This document shows, piece by piece, positions 9,278-16,721 of a DNA stretch of 64,000 bases. The notes under the pieces were generated by a model. It was not told the origin of the DNA. It saw nothing but the letters and a program-made list of their open reading frames with translations, and ran no database searches. Positions within the stretch are counted from its first letter, which is position 1, and each line of letters starts with the position of its first letter. The stretch comes from Anaerolineales bacterium (GTDB lineage Bacteria > Chloroflexota > Anaerolineae > Anaerolineales > UBA11579): NCBI GenBank assembly GCA_963675375.2, contig OY776212.2, positions 1,651,404 to 1,715,403 of the forward strand, given 5' to 3'. The position numbers and the translations under genes are program-made.

Positions 9278-9352
9278 ATTTACTACATGACAGGCATTTT
9301 CTTTTCCCAACAGGTGGATGCTTAAAGGAGGAAAAGAAAACAAGGAGGTACT

Positions 9353-9937
9353 ATGACTGCTCAAAATGAACTGCTGGAAAGGTCGGCGGTAGAACACGAT
9401 CATTTATGCCCGCGCCAGGTGTTGGGGGTGCGCATGGGAATGTATGCGGCGGATATATTGGATCTAGCACTGCCGCAGGACAATAAACGCGTGTATGCCT
9501 TTATCGAAACGGACGGATGTTTTGTGGATGGCGTCAGCACGGCTACCGGATGCACCGTGGGGCACCGCACCATGTATGTGTTAGATTTCGGAAAAATGGC
9601 AGCCACATTTGTGGATACGCTTACAGACCGGGCGGTGCGCATTGCCCCGCATCCCGATATTCGCAATAATGTGTCGGTGTATGCGCCGCATGTGGAAGAT
9701 CCCTGGCAGGCGTATCTGGCGGCGTACCAGGTGATGCGATTCGATGAAATGTTTGTTGCCACGCCGGTCTTGCTAACCGTGTCTATGGAGAAGTTGATCA
9801 GCCGGGAAGGCATACGGGTGTGCTGCGAGCAGTGCGGTGAGGAGATTTTCAACGAACGCGAAGAATGTGTGCATGGAAAAGTACTATGCCGTGCCTGTGC
9901 CGGGGCGGCGTATTATCGACTGCCTGCTTCCTGGTAG
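9353..9937 (+). CDS. FmdE/FwdE-domain protein with C-terminal Cys4 zinc ribbon
   Basis: The HLCPRQVLGVRMG and TDGCFVDGVSTATGCTVGHRT motifs belong to the FmdE family. The C-terminus reads CEQCGE...CRAC. Confidence 0.75.
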   Translation: MTAQNELLERSAVEHDHLCPRQVLGVRMGMYAADILDLALPQDNKRVYAFIETDGCFVDGVSTATGCTVGHRTMYVLDFGKMAATFVDTLTDRAVRIAPHPDIRNNVSVYAPHVEDPWQAYLAAYQVMRFDEMFVATPVLLTVSMEKLISREGIRVCCEQCGEEIFNEREECVHGKVLCRACAGAAYYRLPASW

Positions 9938-10025
9938 CAAGAGGCTTTTATAGAAGGCCGGGATGATGATAGGATTGTTTTACCGGGTGTAGTATTCTCA
10001 ATGAAGATTACAAGAAAGGGATGAA

Positions 10026-10766
10026 ATGGATTGTTTATCGGAAGTAATGAATGGTTTGGGGGATGGCGTTGTTGAGAAAATCTCTGTGGGGACGCATTGG
10101 GCTTCTGTGGTGGTCTCTCAAAATGGGGAACGACATTGTGGGTTGGCTTCAAACCCGGTGAAGGATTTTCAGGCAGATGAAGCGTTTCGATCTGCCCTGG
10201 CTGCCTACGAGAAAAAAACTGCTTTAGAATTGTGCCAACTGGCATTGGACCAGGAAGCGCCTTTTTCCAGTATTGGCGTGGCCGCGATCAACGCACTGCT
10301 CCCGATGCAGCCAGAACGATGGGTAGACCGCAACGCCGGGGAGGTGCTGGCCGAAAAAGGGAAGGGAAAACGGGTAGCCCTGGTAGGCCATTTTCCCTTT
10401 GTGCCGGAACTGCGAGAGCAAGCCGGGCACCTGGATGTTTTGGAACTGCGCCCGCGCGATGGAGACACCCCGGCAAGCGAAGCCCCCAGGGTTATTCCAC
10501 AGGCGGATGTGGTGGCGATCACAAGTATGGCGTTTGTCAACGGCACCATGCCGGGATTGCTGGATTTGTGCGTACCGGAGACGTACCTGGTGATTCTGGG
10601 GCCGAGTACACCGCTTAGCCCGATCTTATTTGATAAGGGCGTTAATATGCTGTGCGGCAGTATTGTGGAAGATATTGATCCTGTTGTAGTGGGTGTGGAA
10701 AGCGGAGAGAGTTTCCGCCAGTTCAAATCTCGGGGAGTACGATTGGTGACGATTGAGCAAGTATGA
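10026..10766 (+). CDS. DUF4213/DUF364 Rossmann-like putative metal-chelation protein
   Basis: The pattern RVALVGHFPFV...ADVVAITSMAFVNGTMPGLL...LVILGPSTPLSP matches the DUF364 family signature as I remember it. Confidence 0.55.
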   Translation: MDCLSEVMNGLGDGVVEKISVGTHWASVVVSQNGERHCGLASNPVKDFQADEAFRSALAAYEKKTALELCQLALDQEAPFSSIGVAAINALLPMQPERWVDRNAGEVLAEKGKGKRVALVGHFPFVPELREQAGHLDVLELRPRDGDTPASEAPRVIPQADVVAITSMAFVNGTMPGLLDLCVPETYLVILGPSTPLSPILFDKGVNMLCGSIVEDIDPVVVGVESGESFRQFKSRGVRLVTIEQV

Positions 10767-11785
10767 TCGATTTGCCGGAAGTACGCGCCTATTTGCAATC
10801 GGTAGACTTTTCTGATGTCCCTGGTTGGGAGGTCGGGCGAGATTTTGAGATTCTGCCCCTGGCCCAGGGGGAATATAATGTAAATTACCGCTTGCGGCAG
10901 GGGGAACGGGAGTGGGTTTTCCGCGTCAATCTGGATACGCAAATTGGGCGTGATGACCAGATTGTGTATGAATATGAGGCTTTGCGGCTGTTGGCCGAGA
11001 TAGGCATGACGCCCAAACCGTATTTTGTGGATGATACCCGCCAGAATTTCCCCCACGGCGTGCTGCTGATGGAGTATTTGGTAGGCGAGCCGTTGGCCTA
11101 CCGGCGCGACCTGGAAGCGGTGGCGCAGCTGTTTGCCCGCATCCATGAGGGCTCTCACCATTTTGGCCCCCATCATCTGATCGTGGAAGAACACCCGCTG
11201 AGCATGACCTATGAGGAATGCACCCGTTTATTACAGGTTTATTTTGAGAGTGATTTGGGTGACCGGGAAATAAAGAAGTACTTAATAGAAGTGATGGTCT
11301 GGGCAGAAACAGCCCGCCGGAAAGAGTCGTATTTTTCTTCCGATCCGTGGAACTGCATCATCAACACCGAGCTGAATTCGGGGAATTTCATTGTCAACCG
11401 GGCGGCGGATAAGATTTTCCTGGTGGATTGGGAGAAGCCGCTGTGGGGAGACCCTTCGCAAGACCTGTCGCATTTTTGTGCGCTGACCACGACCTTGTGG
11501 AAAACCGACTTCCGCATGTTGGAAGCCGACCGGCAGCGATTTTTGCAAGCCTATAAATCCTGTCTCACTGATGCACATTTACGCGATACGATCGAGGAAC
11601 GCGTGCGGTTGCGCGACCCCTTCAACTGCCTGCGGGGAATTTCGTGGTCGGCAATGGCCTGGGTGTCGTACCAGAGCGGCACACATCTATTGAAAAACTC
11701 GGATACGTTTGAAAAGATGGAACAATATTTGCAAATGGATTTTTTGCGGGGTTTGTTTGACCCGCTTTTGTCGGTGAGAGGATGA
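10763..11785 (+). CDS. APH/choline-kinase-fold phosphotransferase
   Basis: 340 aa with ATGA overlap to the DUF364 gene. A C-terminal-lobe motif LVDWEKP (the DxE metal-binding motif) is present. The catalytic loop reads INTELNSGNF instead of HxDxxxxN. Confidence 0.6.
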   Translation: MIDLPEVRAYLQSVDFSDVPGWEVGRDFEILPLAQGEYNVNYRLRQGEREWVFRVNLDTQIGRDDQIVYEYEALRLLAEIGMTPKPYFVDDTRQNFPHGVLLMEYLVGEPLAYRRDLEAVAQLFARIHEGSHHFGPHHLIVEEHPLSMTYEECTRLLQVYFESDLGDREIKKYLIEVMVWAETARRKESYFSSDPWNCIINTELNSGNFIVNRAADKIFLVDWEKPLWGDPSQDLSHFCALTTTLWKTDFRMLEADRQRFLQAYKSCLTDAHLRDTIEERVRLRDPFNCLRGISWSAMAWVSYQSGTHLLKNSDTFEKMEQYLQMDFLRGLFDPLLSVRG

Positions 11786-11812
11786 GTTGGCAACACGTTG
11801 TCCAGCGGTTAT

Positions 11813-11840
11813 AAAAAAGTGCCCCTTCGGGCACTTTTTG
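11813..11840. terminator. bidirectional intrinsic terminator
   Basis: aaaagtgccc-cttc-gggcactttt: a 10-bp stem flanked by an A-run and a T-run, 28 nt after the kinase stop. Confidence 0.7.
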
Positions 11841-11895
11841 GTACATACCATAATGATACCTGTATCTGAAAGGGGTTTTGCCTATTCTCCCTCTC

Positions 11896-12000
11896 TTACA
11901 TACACCTCAAGCGGCTGCTCGTAGACACAAAACTGCTCGGCCCACACGCGGTTAGGACAACGCCCAACCATATAGCTGTAATTGTTTTGTAAGTTTTTTT
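11896..12000 (-). pseudogene. remnant of a lipoprotein 5' end (signal-peptide fragment, no start codon)
   Basis: The minus-strand translation reads ..KKTYKTITAIWLGVVLTACGPSS..*, matching MKPWKILSTITAIWLVFVLTACGQSS of the 12194-13669 gene. At the nucleotide level, 11964-11985 and 13624-13645 are identical at 21 of 22 positions. There is no ATG/GTG/TTG after the upstream in-frame stop. Confidence 0.5.
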
Positions 12001-12150
12001 GCCCCACCCGCCAGTATTTTGTTTAGAAATGGCTCTTCAGCCCTCCCCAATTTGGGGAGGGTGATCGTACCTTAGAAATTTAGGGCATCAATTGGGGTGG
12101 GGCGTGATAGAAATATTCTTCTCACGCAACGTTATGCCTCGATGAAACCA

Positions 12151-12350
12151 TATTCCCCCCTGAGCCGGATCTTCTGGGATCTTGAATGACAGATTATTCC
12201 AAATAGCGCACTTCAGCCAGCTTGTGCGGCGGTGCGGTGTGATAGATATATTTGGGGTAACCCAGGGTGAGGCTGGCGTACACTTCGCGGTCAGCGGGCA
12301 AGCCCAACAGTTCCCGAATTTCCGGCACGCGGTTGCAGGCCGGGGGGATG
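12151..12350. repeat. copy 2 of a duplicated segment (nitroreductase 3' end plus downstream flank)
   Basis: Aligns by eye with 13831-14023, with scattered substitutions and one short indel just after the stop codon. Confidence 0.8.
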
Positions 12351-13669
12351 GTGAATAGGTTGCTTTTGAACAGTATGTGGTTGGATTCGAGGCCGCTGTT
12401 GTTAAAGATGAAAGGGATCGGTTCACCGGCATTGTAGGTCTGGAAACGGCCGCGCTCGCGGTAGTATTCAAACAGCTCATCGGCATTTATCGGCGTGTCG
12501 AAAAGCTGGATGCTGTGCAGGATATAGCTTTCCGGCGCAAAATCCCCTAAGTCTGGGGTGCCAAACGCGGCAGAGAAGATGTATCCGAAAGGGGACAGTT
12601 CTACGCCGTAGCGCGTGTGGGCGCATCCATTGCAGCGTTCTAAATCGTCGAGGGTGACTAGATAGGGCAGGATTGAAATTGGATCGGGCCAGGTGAGGGC
12701 TTGTGCGTCGTTTTGCGTCTCTGTGGGGGCTGCTCCCTGGGTGTTATCCTGGGCTTGCTCTCCGGTATCTTCGCTTTCTTCGCTTGCGGTGGCGGGCATT
12801 TCTTGCGCTGCGTCCTGGGGGCCGCGAAGTTCGGGCAGGGGGGCGGGTGTTTGGGAGAAGAAGCTGTTCAATTCATCTTGATTTTCCAGGTAGGCCGGGA
12901 CGCTGTGGTACAGATAGTTGACCAGCGGACCCTGCCCGATGCGAATGAAGTCAATATCTAAAGCGGTTTGGGGTGTGGCGTCTGTGCTATCGTCAAAATA
13001 TGCGGTGATGCTGACATTCCAGCGGTTGACCTGCCAATCTTCGGGCAGCGATGTGGCCCCATACATGATAAAAGCGGGGTCGTCCGGGTCGCTGACCAGG
13101 AGGTAAAGCTGGTCGCTGCCGGGGGGTAGCCACAAAATCAGGTCGTTCCACGCATCTTGGTTGGCAAGCACGGTGCCGGAGAGGGGCAGCTGGGCAAAAA
13201 TGCTGTTGCCAAAATGGTCGAGGTTAAAAACGGCCCCGGCGTTGTAGGCGTTATTGGTGCAGGCGTCCAGGCCGATCGATTGGCTCTGGTTGGGGGTATC
13301 GCTGTATTCCAATCCAACCCCGTAGCAGACCTGTCCCTGGCTGGGGCGCACGCGCAGGTGGACAAAGTGGTTGGGTTCCAGCGAGTACTGCAAGCCGGCA
13401 GCGAAGAAGTGATTTTCTTTGCTCAGTTTGAGCGTGCCAGCTGAAAGCGCCGAATTGGGGCTGGTGGATGGGGACCCCTGGTTGGAAATCAGGTTCATCC
13501 AATTGAGGTCGTCTTCCGACTCAAATTCAAGATCGAGTTTTATTTTGGGTGGTTCGGGGGTTGCGGTAGGCGGTACGGGATTTTCCGACACACTGCTCTG
13601 ACCGCAAGCGGTCAGGACGAAAACCAACCATATAGCTGTGATTGTGCTGAGTATTTTCCAAGGTTTCAT
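12194..13669 (-). CDS. predicted lipoprotein of unknown function; the last 50 codons derive from a duplicated nitroreductase 3' end (chimeric ORF)
   Basis: Signal peptide plus lipobox (VLTACGQ) and an acidic low-complexity linker. The C-terminal IPPACNRVPEIRELLGLPADREVYASLTLGYPKYIYHTAPPHKLAEVRYLE differs at only one position (I/T) from the C-terminus of the 13867-14757 product. Confidence 0.6.
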   Translation of the reverse strand: MKPWKILSTITAIWLVFVLTACGQSSVSENPVPPTATPEPPKIKLDLEFESEDDLNWMNLISNQGSPSTSPNSALSAGTLKLSKENHFFAAGLQYSLEPNHFVHLRVRPSQGQVCYGVGLEYSDTPNQSQSIGLDACTNNAYNAGAVFNLDHFGNSIFAQLPLSGTVLANQDAWNDLILWLPPGSDQLYLLVSDPDDPAFIMYGATSLPEDWQVNRWNVSITAYFDDSTDATPQTALDIDFIRIGQGPLVNYLYHSVPAYLENQDELNSFFSQTPAPLPELRGPQDAAQEMPATASEESEDTGEQAQDNTQGAAPTETQNDAQALTWPDPISILPYLVTLDDLERCNGCAHTRYGVELSPFGYIFSAAFGTPDLGDFAPESYILHSIQLFDTPINADELFEYYRERGRFQTYNAGEPIPFIFNNSGLESNHILFKSNLFTIPPACNRVPEIRELLGLPADREVYASLTLGYPKYIYHTAPPHKLAEVRYLE

Positions 13670-13830
13670 TATTCCCAGTGGTCTCCATGATTGTATAGGT
13701 TAAGAATGGGGGGATGCGATTAACCCCTCTTGGATTTTACGGTGAGCAGGTGTTGCACTCGTGCCTTTCCTCACAAGATTTAGTGTAGCATACATTTAAA
13801 AGGCAGGGTAGAGCGGAGACCGGTAAATCG

Positions 13831-14023
13831 TATTCCCCCCTGTGATGGATCGCCTGGGATGGTGGATTATTCCAAATAGCGCACTTCGGCCAGCTTGTGC
13901 GGCGGAGCGGTGTGGTAGGTGTATTTGGGGTAGCCCAGGGTGAGGCTGGCGTACACTTCGCGGTCAGCGGGCAAGCCCAACAGTTCCCGAATTTCCGGCA
14001 CGCGGTTGCAGGCCGGGGGGATG
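13831..14023. repeat. copy 1 of the duplicated segment (authentic nitroreductase 3' end plus flank)
   Basis: Partner of 12151-12350. Confidence 0.8.
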
Positions 14024-14757
14024 ATGTCGTTGAAGCAGGTGCCAATCCCCAATACTTCTGCCATCAAGACGGCATGGAAGGCGGCGACCAGGCAGTTCTC
14101 TGCGGCAACAGGTTCGTTGACCGGGCTGTGGAAGAGGAGCAAGGCGGGGCAGTCCCGCAAGATTTCGTTGCTTTTGCCCTCCCGGTACCAGCGGATATAC
14201 CAGTGCATGCCGGGCATGAGAAATTCTTGCAGGGTGCGCAGCTGCTTTTTGCCCGCGCTGCGGCCGATGAAGATACGGGCGATGGGGTTCTTTAGGCCGG
14301 CTTCCAGCTTTTCGTACAGTTGGTATGCCAATTCGGAAAAGGCAGCCAAGGTATCGGGGTTGTCCATCACGATCACCCCGGTGGTGGCGCGGCCGGTGCC
14401 GGTGGGGGCAGATTGGGCTGCGCCAATCATCTGGTCGATCACCGGGCGGGGGACCGGTTTGTTTTTATAGCGGCGGATTGAGCGGCGCTGACGAAAGAGG
14501 GTTTGCAGCTGGCTTTCATCTATTGAGAGTGGGTGGATGGGTTGGTAATCTTCTGTATTCAAACCTGCCACCTGGATAGCCTGATTGGGACATGCCGCGG
14601 CGCAGTGCCCGCAGGTCATACATAGGTCAATTCGTTGGGCGGAGACCTGTGTGGTTTTCTTCCCGTCAATTTTGACGGTTTCTAAAATATAGCGCGGGCA
14701 AACCTGGCCGCATACACCGCAGGCGGTACAAAGCTTTTGGTTGATTTCAACGATCAT
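13867..14757 (-). CDS. nitroreductase-family protein with N-terminal 2x[4Fe-4S] ferredoxin domain
   Basis: CTACGVCGQVCP and CMTCGHCAAACP motifs followed by a nitroreductase-like region (RRSIRRYKNKPVP...). Confidence 0.8.
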   Translation of the reverse strand: MIVEINQKLCTACGVCGQVCPRYILETVKIDGKKTTQVSAQRIDLCMTCGHCAAACPNQAIQVAGLNTEDYQPIHPLSIDESQLQTLFRQRRSIRRYKNKPVPRPVIDQMIGAAQSAPTGTGRATTGVIVMDNPDTLAAFSELAYQLYEKLEAGLKNPIARIFIGRSAGKKQLRTLQEFLMPGMHWYIRWYREGKSNEILRDCPALLLFHSPVNEPVAAENCLVAAFHAVLMAEVLGIGTCFNDIIPPACNRVPEIRELLGLPADREVYASLTLGYPKYTYHTAPPHKLAEVRYLE

Positions 14758-14775
14758 TGTGTTTCCTTTTCCGAC

Positions 14776-15390
14776 TTATTTACTTTGTCCGGCTAACAAC
14801 CCGTGAAGCCACGAGTGGGGGATGGTTTCTGCCGTGCTTTGCCAATCTACGGCGCTTTCTTGCAGGGTGAACTGCACCATCAGGCCGTCGAACACGGCAA
14901 TAAATATGTTTGCCAAAGTTTGCGTATCGACCGGGTTGAATTCCCCGCTGGCAACACTTTGTTCGATCAGCTCGGTGAATAGGGCGCGCAGTTGAGCGTA
15001 GTTTTCTGCAAGTTTGTGTTGGATATCGGCATCGAACTGGGCCTGCACCCAGGCATCCATCAGCAGGGCGGCGTAGGAGGGGTAGAGGGGTGAGGTGGTA
15101 AAGCCAATCATGCTTGTGAGGGCGGCATTCAACCTTTGCCGGCCGGTAGGTGTATCTCCGCCATGGGTGGGGGATAAGCCTGTATCGGTCAGTAATTTCT
15201 CTAGCAAGGCAAGGTAGAGCACTTTCTTGCTTTTGTAATAAGTATAGATGCTTCCTTTGCTCAGCCCGGCTTCCCCAACAATATCGTCCATCGTGGTGCG
15301 GCTGTACCCGCTGCGTGCAAAGCAGGTCAGGCTGGCTTGCAGGATTTGTTTTTTACGAGCGGCAATGGTGGCGGGGGTTAGCTTGGGCAT
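14776..15390 (-). CDS. TetR/AcrR family transcriptional regulator
   Basis: The HTH region is SGYSRTTMDDIVGEAGLSKGSIYTYYKSK. I prefer ATG 15390; the track ORF starts at TTG 15411. It lies 19 nt upstream of the nitroreductase gene on the same strand. Confidence 0.8.
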   Translation of the reverse strand: MPKLTPATIAARKKQILQASLTCFARSGYSRTTMDDIVGEAGLSKGSIYTYYKSKKVLYLALLEKLLTDTGLSPTHGGDTPTGRQRLNAALTSMIGFTTSPLYPSYAALLMDAWVQAQFDADIQHKLAENYAQLRALFTELIEQSVASGEFNPVDTQTLANIFIAVFDGLMVQFTLQESAVDWQSTAETIPHSWLHGLLAGQSK

Positions 15391-15552
15391 ACAGAATTTG
15401 TCTCCATACAAACTGACTGGTCGGTTTGTATGTATTATACAGATGATTTCCTGTGCGTGTCAAGTAGATTGCCAGTATCCCTTATATATTCTAATTTGGA
15501 TAAATTAAGTGTAAAATAATTTAAGAAAAACCTTTGAAAAGGAGTATGAGAA

Positions 15553-16041
15553 ATGCAAAAGATCACCCCCTCATTATGGTTTGATGACCTGGCCGAAGAA
15601 GCGGCTGAATTTTATACTGCCATATTCCCCAATTCGCATATAGAGCATGTCTCTCGATATACGGCCGAAGGATTCGAGATCCACCAAAAGCCGGAAGGGA
15701 GCGCAATGACGGTTTCGTTCACGCTGGCAGGGCAGAACTTCACGGCAATCAACGGCGGCCCGCAGTTCCCTTTCACCGAGGCAGTTTCTTTTGAAATCAG
15801 CTGCGAATCGCAGGAAGAGGTAGATTATTACTGGGAAAAGTTGGGCGAGGGCGGCGACCCTGCTGCCCAACAGTGTGGTTGGTTGAAGGACAAATTCGGC
15901 CTCTCCTGGCAGATTGTGCCCACCGCCCTGGCTGAGATGATGTCGCATACGGATGGGGAGAAGGTGGCGCGCATGGTCAAGGCCATGTTGGGGATGAAGA
16001 AGCTCATTATTGCCGAATTGCGGGCCGCGATGGAGGCATGA
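15553..16041 (+). CDS. VOC-superfamily PhnB-like protein (3-demethylubiquinone-9 3-methyltransferase-type domain)
   Basis: The N-terminus KITPSLWFDDLAEEAAEFYTAIFPNS and the region YYWEKL...CGWLKDKFGLSWQIVP are typical of this family. Confidence 0.7.
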   Translation: MQKITPSLWFDDLAEEAAEFYTAIFPNSHIEHVSRYTAEGFEIHQKPEGSAMTVSFTLAGQNFTAINGGPQFPFTEAVSFEISCESQEEVDYYWEKLGEGGDPAAQQCGWLKDKFGLSWQIVPTALAEMMSHTDGEKVARMVKAMLGMKKLIIAELRAAMEA

Positions 16042-16418
16042 TGGTTAAAGTAATTGTGAAGCCGGATTGTGGGAATGCTCCTAAAAAGGAATTTATCAAG
16101 AATGTGATGGTTGCTTTTGTGGAAGGCGGCTTCGACTTTTTGATGAACAGTGTCACCGAGGATGTCAGCTGGCAAGTGGTGGGCCAGGAGTATTATGAGG
16201 GGAAAGCAGCTTTCGAGACAGTTTTGCAAGGCATGACCATCCAACCGGTCGAATCTCTACTGGTTGACAGCATCATCACCCACGGCCGAGAAGGTGCGGC
16301 GGCCGGCACGATCCGGTTTAAAGATGGCCGTGAATACGGCTACTGCGATGTTTACAAATTCAGCGGGGCAAAGGGAGACAAGATCAAATCGATTACATCG
16401 TATGTGATTGAACTATAA
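16038..16418 (+). CDS. small NTF2/SnoaL-like fold protein (tentative)
   Basis: 126 aa with ATGA overlap to the previous gene. The assignment rests only on size and pattern and is weak. Confidence 0.4.
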   Translation: MMVKVIVKPDCGNAPKKEFIKNVMVAFVEGGFDFLMNSVTEDVSWQVVGQEYYEGKAAFETVLQGMTIQPVESLLVDSIITHGREGAAAGTIRFKDGREYGYCDVYKFSGAKGDKIKSITSYVIEL

Positions 16419-16450
16419 AGATTCCTCCGTTAAAGTCAGAAAAAATGATA

Positions 16451-16487
16451 AAGCGTATGGCTGGATAACAGCGATACGCTTTTTTTT
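16451..16487 (+). terminator. intrinsic terminator
   Basis: Stem aagcgtat / atacgctt followed by a T-run. Confidence 0.6.
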
Positions 16488-16721
16488 GATCGAACGAAGT
16501 TCGATTTAATACATATGAGTGGCGCAAGGTATTCATATTTATTTGCTTCGCTTGTAGGGGAAAGGGTGTTTTCGTTCAGCGCTTGCCGATCTAAGTTTTG
16601 TATTTCAATATTGTTACAAAATTTACCATATAAATGACAAATTTTAGTGTCATAATAGAGATAATATTCTTATGCTTAACAATATTTTATAGGTGCATGT
16701 ACTTATTTTCTGGATTCCCTT

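Noticed and set aside
9124-9369. An 81-aa ORF in the gap upstream of the FmdE gene.
   Set aside because: It has no RBS and an odd composition. It spans the candidate riboswitch and its terminator and runs into the FmdE start. The region is better explained as a structured leader RNA.
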